Source: Candidatus Buchananbacteria bacterium RIFCSPHIGHO2_01_FULL_44_11
GTDB taxonomy: Bacteria; Patescibacteriota; Patescibacteriia; Buchananbacterales; UBA6539
Length of the DNA: 59,568 bases
Assembly (NCBI GenBank): GCA_001817345.1
Contig: MHIE01000006.1
Span: forward strand, 1 to 59,568
Direction of reading: 5' to 3'
Both the position numbers and the translations under genes were made by a program. The notes under the pieces are model-generated. The model ran no database searches. It was not told the origin of the DNA and was given only the letters and a program-made list of their open reading frames with translations. Each line of letters starts with the position of its first letter. Position 1 is the stretch's first letter. Below are positions 1 to 8,823 of the stretch, one piece after another.

Positions 1-343
<343 letters not shown>

Positions 344-390
344 CAAGAATTAGGTCACAATTTCAGATAGTTTAACCCTATTTTTATAAT

Positions 391-678
391 GGGGTTCAAC
401 ATCCTGGTGCTTTTAGCGAGAGGGCCACACCTGATCCCATCCCGCCCCGCCCTTTTATTTGGATATAGAGTTCCCGTGCTTTTAGCGAGAGGGTCACACC
501 TGATCCCATCCCGAACTCAGTAGTTAAGCCTCTCAGCGCCAATGATACTCTTTCAGGGGAAAGTAGGTCAGCGCGGGAACTTTGTATCTAAATAAAATAT
601 AAAAAGGGCGGGGAAGCCTCTCAGCGCCAATGATACTCTTTCAGGGGAAAGTAGGTCAGCGCCAGGATATTGAACCTC
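391..678 (+). rRNA. Outer 5S rRNA shell: 5' part 401-444 and 3' part 614-668, split by a 169-nt insert (445-613) that carries the inner 5S
   Basis: Both parts are near-identical to the inner 5S (one C/T difference, 425 vs 494). The shell has its own 10-bp helix I, ATCCTGGTGC/GCGCCAGGAT, extended by further pairing 391-400/669-678. It lacks 12 nt of loop C (AACTCAGTAGTT). Confidence 0.6.
471..579 (+). rRNA. rrf: 5S rRNA, intact inner copy
   Basis: Helix I TTCCCGTGC/GCGCGGGAA closes. CCGAACTCAGTAGTTAAGC (loop C region) and GCGCCAATGATACT align to bacterial 5S along the whole length (~109 nt). Confidence 0.85.
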
Positions 679-693
679 ATTTTTTATCAAAAG

Positions 694-718
694 ATCAGTC
701 GAATAGACTGATTTTTTG
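694..718 (+). terminator. Intrinsic terminator after the rRNA operon
   Basis: ATCAGTC-GAATA-GACTGAT hairpin followed by TTTTTGTG. Confidence 0.6.
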
Positions 719-837
719 TGTAATTAAGCGATTTTTTAATCTCCAAAATTTAATTGAGAAGCTTGTTGATAACTAGCTTCTTTTTTTCTTGACGTCTAAC
801 TTTGTATGATATAGTATGATGATATGACAAGTTTACT

Positions 838-914
838 TGTCATCCCGAACTGGTTTCGGGATCTGCTAGTTATTAATAAATTATTACAGACCCTGAAATA
901 AATCCAGGGTGACA
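838..914. repeat. Paired-hairpin repeat (MITE-like), copy 1
   Basis: TGTCATCCCGAACTGGTTTCGGGATC ... AGACCCTGAAATAAATCCAGGGTGACA. A homologous copy lies at 47085-47150. Confidence 0.5.
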
Positions 915-921
915 CCTAAAA

Positions 922-1758
922 ATGGATCGCCAAAGATTAACCATTACTCTAAAAAAGGAAATTTTAAAGCAACTGGATGCTTATATTGACGGCGCCCGGA
1001 TTCGTAACCGCTCGCACGCGATTGAATATGTTTTAGCCAAGTATTTTTCACCCAAGGTAAAAAAAGCCGTTATTTTGGCCGGCGGCAAGGGTTTAAAAAT
1101 GTTGCCCTTTACTTATGAAATGCCTAAAGCGATGATTCCGGTCAACAACCGTCCGGTCCTGGAATATATCATTGAAAATTTACGCCGTTACGACATTAGA
1201 GACATCGCCATTTCCATCGGTCACCAGGGCGGAAAAATTAAGCAGTATTTCGGTGACGGTTCCAAATTTGGTGTCCACCTCACTTACCTGGAACAAGGCA
1301 AAAGGGAGACTGGCACTGCCAGTCCGGTTTTGCAAGCCAAAAAATTTATCGGTGCCAATTCCTTTTTAGTTTACTACGGTGACGTTTTATCTAACATTGA
1401 TTTGGACGACATGATCGATTTTCATCTTTCCGCCAATGCCATTGCTACCATGTCTTTAACTTCCGTCACCAAATCTTCCGACTGGGGCGTGGTCCGGGTT
1501 CAGGGCAGTCAGGTTCATTCATTTTTGGAAAAACCGGATGCCCGCAAAGATTTGTCACACTTGATTAACGCCGGGGTTTATATTTTTGAACCAAAGTTTT
1601 TTGATTACATCACCCCGGACACTAAAAGGCTGGAAAAAGAAATTTTTCCCAAATTGGTTGAGCAGCATAAACTGGCTGGTTACATGTTTGCCGGTCAATG
1701 GTTTGACGTCGGTAATCCCGGCAGTTACCAAAAAGCGGTCCAGATGTGGAAAAACTAA
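922..1758 (+). CDS. Ribbon-helix-helix domain fused to a sugar-1-phosphate nucleotidylyltransferase
   Basis: 278-aa ORF. The N-terminus, MDRQRLTITLKKEILKQLDAYI..RSHAIEYVL, looks like a CopG/RHH domain. The rest carries the NTP-transferase signature AVILAGGKGLKMLPFTYEMPKAMIPV plus GDVLSNIDL and EKPD. Confidence 0.7.
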   Translation: MDRQRLTITLKKEILKQLDAYIDGARIRNRSHAIEYVLAKYFSPKVKKAVILAGGKGLKMLPFTYEMPKAMIPVNNRPVLEYIIENLRRYDIRDIAISIGHQGGKIKQYFGDGSKFGVHLTYLEQGKRETGTASPVLQAKKFIGANSFLVYYGDVLSNIDLDDMIDFHLSANAIATMSLTSVTKSSDWGVVRVQGSQVHSFLEKPDARKDLSHLINAGVYIFEPKFFDYITPDTKRLEKEIFPKLVEQHKLAGYMFAGQWFDVGNPGSYQKAVQMWKN

Positions 1759-1853
1759 GGCAGCAACTTAGCTTCTCAGTCAGGCTGGGAGTCTGGGTTG
1801 GTTCTTTAGTCTGTATATTACAATAATATCGAATAGATGAAAGGAGAGCAGCC

Positions 1854-2963
1854 ATGAACGGTCAGGGGCCGTATCTGGTGAAACGGAACGAAACGTCTGG
1901 TCCGCTGATTTCAGTGAACATGCTGTTTACCGACCTGACACGTTGGGAGGCATTTGCCTCGGCTCGATTGACGGAGCTGGTATCAAGCCAGCTGCCGATT
2001 GAGCTTTTGATTGCTCTCAATGGTGAAGTTCCGCGGGAGGTTGTGGAATCAACGGTCAATGGAACACCAATTCCAACGACTGTATTCGAGACGGGGGAGA
2101 ATAATATCCCTCGCGCTCGCAACCTGCTCGCTCGGGAAAGCCGAGGCCGCTTCCTGTTGATTTCCGACGACGATTGTGAAATCAGCCCAGGTGGCATCGC
2201 CTTTATGCTTCACGTTATTGAGCAATACCCTCTCGGCGTTATCGGCCTGCGGTCACGCAGTGAGGCCGGCAAAGGCTTCAAGCCGCGCGACTGGGAGCCG
2301 CAGATTCGGCACCCCAAATTCGGCGACTTGTCGATCACTGCCGGTGTCCACGGCATGGCGTTTTTGACCTACCGAGATTTGTCGGTCAACTGGCCGCTTT
2401 CGGAGGTGCGAACGCTACGCGGTGAGTGGGTCGACTGGTTCACTCGCTTGTGGCGAAGTGGCGTGGTCTCGGCTTACGCCCTGGACGATCCTCGGTACTA
2501 CATCATCGATCATTTTATTCCGGAAGGTTCGGCGACTCGCTATCACACTCGGCTTCAGTATGTGTTGATCTCCCTACTCTCGTTGGTGTATGAATATTCA
2601 CTAACGAGTGACCGGTACGGTTCGGCAGTGCTATATGAGCATTATTTGCTGCCGAATTTACCGGAGGAAGATCGGCCCTATGCCGAGGAAATCTGGAGCG
2701 AATGTCTCCGGTTGGCCGCCGCGTCGTTCCAAACCACGCTGTGCCTGCCGTCAGTCTCCCATTTCTGCGGGCAGTGTTTCAGACGCGCCTTCGACCATTG
2801 CGTCTGTCGCCTGCAGGAATTGGAGCATTTCCGGACCGAAGTGATTGAGCCAAACACCGACTACGGCGTTGGACCGTTTGAGATGTTTGCTCCCGAGAAT
2901 CAAGGGATGTTGGCCGATGCTCTGAGTCGGGCGAAGGTTCCTTGCCTGGTTCATGCCCACTGA
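1854..2963 (+). CDS. Putative GT-A (family-2-like) glycosyltransferase, high-GC gene
   Basis: 369-aa ORF with RBS AAAGGAGAG. It has the motif PRARNLLARESRGRFLLISDDDCEISP (DxD-type). G+C is visibly higher than the flanks. Confidence 0.45.
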   Translation: MNGQGPYLVKRNETSGPLISVNMLFTDLTRWEAFASARLTELVSSQLPIELLIALNGEVPREVVESTVNGTPIPTTVFETGENNIPRARNLLARESRGRFLLISDDDCEISPGGIAFMLHVIEQYPLGVIGLRSRSEAGKGFKPRDWEPQIRHPKFGDLSITAGVHGMAFLTYRDLSVNWPLSEVRTLRGEWVDWFTRLWRSGVVSAYALDDPRYYIIDHFIPEGSATRYHTRLQYVLISLLSLVYEYSLTSDRYGSAVLYEHYLLPNLPEEDRPYAEEIWSECLRLAAASFQTTLCLPSVSHFCGQCFRRAFDHCVCRLQELEHFRTEVIEPNTDYGVGPFEMFAPENQGMLADALSRAKVPCLVHAH

Positions 2964-3066
2964 AGTGGGTTCAAAAAAAGTGCCCACTTAGGACACAAGC
3001 CGCTCATTATGTCTGGGGATCGCGTGCAACGATCCTCTTTTTTTTTCTGCCAACTTTACTTATAAT

Positions 3067-4296
3067 ATGACTATGACCAATTCAACTTCTACTAACAAGA
3101 CGGTAATCGTCGTGCCGACGTACTGGAGCCGACCACTGCCTGAACGGTGGCGTCAGGGCGATGCGGTGTATGATCATCCAACAGCGCTTAATGAGGATGA
3201 TACCCTTGGCCGATTTCTTAATAGCATCAATATATTACGTCAGCCCGAGTGTGAAGTCGTCGTATTGGTTTGCGTTACGACTCCGGAGATTGAAGCTGAG
3301 ACGGTCAAGCGAGTCAGGCAAATTGTTGCGTCTGCCAGTTGTCCGGTGCCGGTTTACTTGTTTAGCGACAGCCATTTGCGCCAGCTCCAAAAAACACTAA
3401 CAACCGCTGGTTTTAGTAATTTAGCCTCACGGCTGTCCCTGCGAGGCTATTCGTCAATTCGCAACGCCTGTCTTTTGGCGGCTCAGTTGCGTCAGGCCGA
3501 GCTTGCCGTATTGATTGACGACGATGAAGTGTTCGAAGACCCTGAATTTTTAAACAAGGCCCGACAGGCAATTTCGGCTCAGCGGCCCGGCATCGCCGGC
3601 TACTATGTCGAGCCCGATAACCAAGGCGGCCGGACATACATCAGGGAGCGCGCCATTCCTTTCTGGATGAAATTTTGGAATAAGTTTCGGTTTCAAAATG
3701 AATCGTTTCGGCGTATTATCGGTCAGGCTGAACCTCGGCTCAAGGTCACGCCTTTTGCTTTTGGCGGAAACCTGGTGATTCATCAAACGCTTTTTAGCCG
3801 CGTCCCGTTTGATCCGCTGGTCAACCGCGGCGAAGACATGGATTACGTCATGAACGCAAAGATGTTTGACGTTGATTTCTATCTTGATAATCATCTGGCC
3901 ATTACCCATCTGCCGCCAGTCCGTTCTCATCCGCAGTATCGTCGGTTGGCTGAAGATATGAATCGTTTTTCTTATCAGCGCTCAAAACTCCATCAGCAGC
4001 GACCGTTGCCTGGTCTGCGTCAAATCAGTGCCTCTGATTTTAATCCGTATCCGGGTTATTTTTTGGGTTCAGGTTTTATCCTTAAGGTAATTATTACCAG
4101 CCTGTTACTCAGCCTTGATTATTTAAGTCAGGCTGACTGGCGGGGAGTTTTTGGCGCCTTGGCCAATATGCGATTTATTTTCAGCCGTCACCCGGCTGCC
4201 TTTAGCCGTTTTATTGACTTTCAGCGAGATTGGCGAGAACTGATGACAAAGATTAGTGCATTGTCAGAGGGGTCATTTCTTGATAGGGTAGAATAG
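3067..4296 (+). CDS. Putative glycosyltransferase-like protein (DxD motif), high-GC gene
   Basis: 409-aa ORF with TVIVVPTYWSRP, IRNACLLAAQLRQAELAVLIDDDEVFEDP and GEDMDY. The family is not recognised with certainty. Confidence 0.4.
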   Translation: MTMTNSTSTNKTVIVVPTYWSRPLPERWRQGDAVYDHPTALNEDDTLGRFLNSINILRQPECEVVVLVCVTTPEIEAETVKRVRQIVASASCPVPVYLFSDSHLRQLQKTLTTAGFSNLASRLSLRGYSSIRNACLLAAQLRQAELAVLIDDDEVFEDPEFLNKARQAISAQRPGIAGYYVEPDNQGGRTYIRERAIPFWMKFWNKFRFQNESFRRIIGQAEPRLKVTPFAFGGNLVIHQTLFSRVPFDPLVNRGEDMDYVMNAKMFDVDFYLDNHLAITHLPPVRSHPQYRRLAEDMNRFSYQRSKLHQQRPLPGLRQISASDFNPYPGYFLGSGFILKVIITSLLLSLDYLSQADWRGVFGALANMRFIFSRHPAAFSRFIDFQRDWRELMTKISALSEGSFLDRVE

Positions 4297-4413
4297 AATT
4301 GACAAAAATCGTATTTTATAATAGCTAAATTTAGCTATTTTTTTAGTTATACACAGTTTTTGTAGAATAAAAGTTGACAATATTATTGATAAGACTATAA
4401 TAAGCTTATTGTT

Positions 4414-5148
4414 ATGATTGAATCTATTCTTAAAAAAATTGGCTTAAATGATAAGGAAATCCGGGTGTATCTCACTTGTTTGAAACTGGGCCCTTCGTCA
4501 GTCAGAAAAATAGCTGATAATTCGGAGGTGAATCGCGGCACTGCTTACGACATCCTGCGTTCTTTGATTTCTTTGGGTTTAGTGACTTATTACCACCAGG
4601 ATAAGCATCAATATTTTATTGCCGAAGATCCGGCTCGGCTCAAAGACACGGTCAAGCAAAAACAGCAGCAGCTTTTGGAAACAGAGCAGGAGCTCGTGGC
4701 AGCGATTCCGCAACTGCAATCGCTGCACGATAAGGCCGGAGAAAAACCAGTGGCTAAGTATTACGAAGAATTATCCGGCATCAAGGTGATTTTGCAGGAT
4801 TTGTTAAACACCTGCGCGGCGGGTAGTAAGCATTATTATGTTTATTCTTCTTCAGCGATTAAAAAGCATCTTTATGAAGCCTTTCGTAGTTTTTCGGCGG
4901 AGAGAATTAAGCTGGGCATTAAAGTTCAGACCATTTCTATTGGCCCAGGCGGCCAAACCCTTGGTTTAGATGAACGCAAGTGGTTGACCAAGAGTGACAG
5001 TGCGCCAACCTATACTTTGATTTACGAAGACAAAGTAGCGATGATTTCTTTGGGCGTTGATTCTAAGCCGATTGGCGTTATTGTTGAAGATAAAAATATC
5101 TACCAAACCCAAAAGATGCTTTTTGATTTTATTTGGGCTAAATTGTAA
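4414..5148 (+). CDS. TrmB-family transcriptional regulator
   Basis: The N-terminal wHTH, LGLNDKEIRVYLTCLKLGPSSVRKIADNSEVNRGTAYDILRSLISLGLV, is typical of TrmB. Confidence 0.65.
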   Translation: MIESILKKIGLNDKEIRVYLTCLKLGPSSVRKIADNSEVNRGTAYDILRSLISLGLVTYYHQDKHQYFIAEDPARLKDTVKQKQQQLLETEQELVAAIPQLQSLHDKAGEKPVAKYYEELSGIKVILQDLLNTCAAGSKHYYVYSSSAIKKHLYEAFRSFSAERIKLGIKVQTISIGPGGQTLGLDERKWLTKSDSAPTYTLIYEDKVAMISLGVDSKPIGVIVEDKNIYQTQKMLFDFIWAKL

Positions 5149-5186
5149 ACTTATTACTTACTAACTTATTAACTTGCTAACTAAGC

Positions 5187-7025
5187 ATGTGCGGCATTGT
5201 CGGTTACCTTGGTAAAAATCAAGCCCAGAATATTTTGCTGGACGGTTTAAAGCGCCTGGAATATCGGGGCTATGATTCGGCTGGCTTGACGGTTTATAAC
5301 GGTTCTGAGTTTAAAACCCTCAAAGTTAAGGGTAAAGTGGCGGAATTAGCCAAATTGCTTAGTCAGCAAAAAATTTCCGGCACAATCGGCATTGCTCATA
5401 CGCGTTGGGCGACTCACGGCGAACCCAGCGAGCGCAATGCCCATCCTCACAGCGATTGCCAGGGCGAAGTTTTTGTCGTCCATAACGGCATTGTTGAAAA
5501 TTACAAGGCCTTGAAGCAAGAATTGGAAAAAGAAGGTCATAAATTCAGTTCTGAAACTGACACGGAAGTCATCGCCCACTTGGTGGAAAAGTTTATTGCC
5601 GCCGGGCTTAATTTAGAGTCAGCGGTAAAAAAATCATTACATTTAATTAAAGGCACTTACGCCCTTTTGATTATGGCCAAAATTGAACCGGATAAAATTA
5701 TTGCCGCCCGGCTTTCCAGCCCTTTGAGAATCGGTGTGGGTCCGGATCAGTTTATTATCGCTTCCGACCCCTCAGCCATTTTGAATTATACCCAGCAGCT
5801 GATTACTTTGGACGACAAAGAAGTGGCCGTGATTGATCAACAAGGTTACCACATCTCAGCCTTAGACGGCAACGGTTCGGTTGATAAAGAAATTGAAAAA
5901 ATTGAGTGGGACATGACCGCGATTGAAAAAGGCGGCTTTGACCATTTTATGCTCAAAGAAATTTTTGAGCAGCCAGAAACGGTCAGCAACTCTTTGCGCG
6001 GCCGGCTGATTGATCAGCAGGGCTTAGCCGCTTTAGGTGGCCTAAAAGAAGTAGAAACAGAATTGCGCCGGATTAAGCGGATTAATTTAGTGGCTTGCGG
6101 CACGGCTTATCATGCCTGTCTAGTTGGCGAATACATGCTGGAAGAATACGCCGGTATTCCGACGGAAGTTTGCGTCGCTTCGGAATTCCGTTACCGCAAA
6201 CCGATTTTAGATCCGCAAACCGACGTGATTATTGTCGTCAGTCAATCGGGTGAGACGGCTGACACCTTGGCGGCGGTTAAAGAAGCGAAAGAAAAAGACG
6301 TTTTGACCCTAGGCATTGTTAATGTCATCGGCAGTACCATTGCCCGGGAAACTGACGCCGGCGTTTACAACCATGCCGGACCGGAAATTGGCGTCGCTTC
6401 AACCAAGGTTTTTATTTCGCAACTAGTCGTTTTAGCGCTTTTAACTTTATTTTTAGGCCGCCAGCGGCAGATGTCGCTTGTTACCGGCGGCCGGATTGCC
6501 GAAGAACTGAGGAAAATTCCCGGTTATATTAACCAAATTTTGGAACAAAACGAAAAAATTTCCCAAATGGCCAAAGATTACGGTCAGTTCAAGGATTTTT
6601 TCTATTTGGGCCGCAAATATAATTTTCCCGTGGCCCTGGAAGGCGCTTTGAAATTGAAAGAAATTTCTTATGTTCATTCCGAGGGCATTGCCGCCGGTGA
6701 ATTAAAGCACGGGCCGCTGGCGATGATTGAAAAAGATTTACCCTCAGTTTTTATTTGTCCTCAGGACAGTGTCTATGACAAAAATTTAAGTAATATGGAA
6801 GAAATTAAGGCGCGCCAGGGTAAAATTATCGCTATCGCCACCAGCGGCGACACTGAAATTGCCAAAATCGCTGACGAAGTAATTTATATTCCTAAAACTC
6901 TGGAGATGCTGACCCCGATGCTGGCGGTGGTGCCGCTCCAGTTGTTCGCTTATCACTTTGCTAACCAACGCGGTTTAGACGTTGACAAACCTAGAAACTT
7001 AGCTAAATCAGTAACCGTCGAGTAA
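5187..7025 (+). CDS. glmS: Glutamine--fructose-6-phosphate aminotransferase
   Basis: 612 aa, starts MCGIVGY (Ntn Cys), has two SIS domains and ends AKSVTVE. Confidence 0.95.
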   Translation: MCGIVGYLGKNQAQNILLDGLKRLEYRGYDSAGLTVYNGSEFKTLKVKGKVAELAKLLSQQKISGTIGIAHTRWATHGEPSERNAHPHSDCQGEVFVVHNGIVENYKALKQELEKEGHKFSSETDTEVIAHLVEKFIAAGLNLESAVKKSLHLIKGTYALLIMAKIEPDKIIAARLSSPLRIGVGPDQFIIASDPSAILNYTQQLITLDDKEVAVIDQQGYHISALDGNGSVDKEIEKIEWDMTAIEKGGFDHFMLKEIFEQPETVSNSLRGRLIDQQGLAALGGLKEVETELRRIKRINLVACGTAYHACLVGEYMLEEYAGIPTEVCVASEFRYRKPILDPQTDVIIVVSQSGETADTLAAVKEAKEKDVLTLGIVNVIGSTIARETDAGVYNHAGPEIGVASTKVFISQLVVLALLTLFLGRQRQMSLVTGGRIAEELRKIPGYINQILEQNEKISQMAKDYGQFKDFFYLGRKYNFPVALEGALKLKEISYVHSEGIAAGELKHGPLAMIEKDLPSVFICPQDSVYDKNLSNMEEIKARQGKIIAIATSGDTEIAKIADEVIYIPKTLEMLTPMLAVVPLQLFAYHFANQRGLDVDKPRNLAKSVTVE

Positions 7026-7031
7026 AATTAT

Positions 7032-7478
7032 ATGGTGATAAAAATTCGTTTGCTTCAAGCCGCTGACTTAAAATCTAAAAGTGGTTTCTGGGAAACTTTA
7101 ATCAACCTTGCTCCAATCAGGAAAGTCAGTTATTCTCAGGCGGTCAGGGCATATCATCGAGCCCAAAAACAAAATAGTTATACCTATGTAGCGGTTGATT
7201 CTACAGATGGCCAGATTGTTGGTACAACAAGGTTACTAGTTGAACAGAAATTTATTCGCAGTTTAGGTTTAGCTGGCCATATTGAAGACGTGGTTACTCG
7301 GAAAGGATATGAAGGTAACCGCATTGCTAGTCAATTGATTAGTAGGGCTTTACAAAAAGCCAAGGCCTTAGGTTGCTATAAAGTGATTCTTGATTGTCGT
7401 CAGGAGTTAATCAGTTTTTATAAAAAATTCGGTTTTAAGCCGGCTGAGATAGAAATGAAAATTTATTTTAAAAAATAG
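7032..7478 (+). CDS. GNAT acetyltransferase, glucosamine-6-phosphate N-acetyltransferase (GNA1)-like
   Basis: 148 aa. The GHIEDVVTRKGYEGNRIASQLI motif resembles the GNA1 acetyl-CoA site. The gene lies immediately downstream of glmS. Confidence 0.6.
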   Translation: MVIKIRLLQAADLKSKSGFWETLINLAPIRKVSYSQAVRAYHRAQKQNSYTYVAVDSTDGQIVGTTRLLVEQKFIRSLGLAGHIEDVVTRKGYEGNRIASQLISRALQKAKALGCYKVILDCRQELISFYKKFGFKPAEIEMKIYFKK

Positions 7479-7516
7479 AAAAATTTATTGCTTAAAATTC
7501 TATTAACCAATTAATT

Positions 7517-8731
7517 ATGAAAGCTTTGATCAAAAAAAGACCAGATAATCCGCCGGCCTGGTATCGCGGTCTGGACTTGGTCGAAAAACCCGAGCCCCAA
7601 GTTTCCGCCGACCGACCGGTTAAAATTAAAATTTTAGCCAACGGCATTTGCGGCACTGACGTCGGCATTTATCAGGGCAAAGACGCTTTGGCTAATGTTT
7701 TAGCCCGGTTGAAAACTCCAGACGTTACATTGGGCCATGAATTTTGCGGCCGGATTACCGAGCTTCATCCTGCCAGTCAATCTTATTTGGCTAAGTTGCT
7801 CCTTAGGCGGAAAAATACCACGAGGCCGGTGTTAGATTATTTGGCCGGTAAAAGTGAAGAGACGCTGGCGTCCGCTTCCGACCTGGCTGAGTTTTTAAAC
7901 AAAAATTTTTACGTGACCGCTGAAATGCATTTTACCTGCGGCCAATGTCTGCAATGCCGGACCGGTTATGAGCATGTTTGCAAAAATACTATCGGCAAAG
8001 GTATTCTGGAAGACGGCGCTTATGCCGACTATATGGTGGCGCCGGCTAACCGCATTATTTTATTTGAAGCCGGCGAGGTGGCGCCGGAAATTATCGCTTT
8101 TATGGACGCCTTAGGCAATTCAGTCCATATGGCCCAGTCGGTTGACCTGGTCGGTAAAACCGTTTTAATCACCGGCGCCGGCGTTCAGGGCTTAATGAGT
8201 TGCGCCGTGGCCCGTCAGTTGGGCGCTAATAAAATTTTTATCACTGATGTTATTCCTCAAGACCAGAAAAGTATTGATAAACTCGGTATCGCGAAAAAAT
8301 TAGGCGCCGACGGCGTTTTTGACGTTGGTAGTCCCGCGGGTCAGCAAGCATTAAAAGAGATGGTGGCAAAAGAGACCGATCAGACCGGGGTAGACGTTGT
8401 CTTCGAGATGTCTGGCCACTACGGTGCCTATAAGCAGGTGTTTGCCAATATCAGAATGGGCGGCACGATGCTGTTGCTAGGTTTGCCGGCCGGTCAGCTG
8501 GAAGTTGATTTTTCCAAAGAGATTGTGTTTAAAGGTTTAACCATCAAAGGAATTTACGGCCGCCGGGTTTTTGACACCTGGGATTTGATGCGGTTTTTAT
8601 TGTCTAAGGGATTGGAAAAAACAATTTTAACCAGCGGCATTATCAGCCATCAGCTGCCGTTAGAGAAGTTTGAGGAAGGTTTTGAAGCTTTATGCAATGG
8701 TCAAGCGATTAAAGTAATACTTAAACCATAA
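7517..8731 (+). CDS. tdh: Zn-dependent L-threonine 3-dehydrogenase-like dehydrogenase
   Basis: MDR family motifs: GICGTDVGIY, GHEFCG, CGQCLQCRTGYEHVC and GAGVQG. It is followed by kbl. Confidence 0.7.
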   Translation: MKALIKKRPDNPPAWYRGLDLVEKPEPQVSADRPVKIKILANGICGTDVGIYQGKDALANVLARLKTPDVTLGHEFCGRITELHPASQSYLAKLLLRRKNTTRPVLDYLAGKSEETLASASDLAEFLNKNFYVTAEMHFTCGQCLQCRTGYEHVCKNTIGKGILEDGAYADYMVAPANRIILFEAGEVAPEIIAFMDALGNSVHMAQSVDLVGKTVLITGAGVQGLMSCAVARQLGANKIFITDVIPQDQKSIDKLGIAKKLGADGVFDVGSPAGQQALKEMVAKETDQTGVDVVFEMSGHYGAYKQVFANIRMGGTMLLLGLPAGQLEVDFSKEIVFKGLTIKGIYGRRVFDTWDLMRFLLSKGLEKTILTSGIISHQLPLEKFEEGFEALCNGQAIKVILKP

Positions 8732-8823
8732 ATTTTTAAATAACCAATTTTAAATTTTAATTAAATACTTCAATATTATAATATTTATTTAAAATTTGAA
8801 ATTTAAAATTGAGAATTGTTTCT

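Noticed and set aside
8732-8808. Possible CRISPR array, suggested by the recurring short AT-rich repeats (also 16190-16254 and 38385-38460).
   Set aside because: The copies are tens of kb apart, with no regular repeat-spacer periodicity and no cas genes.
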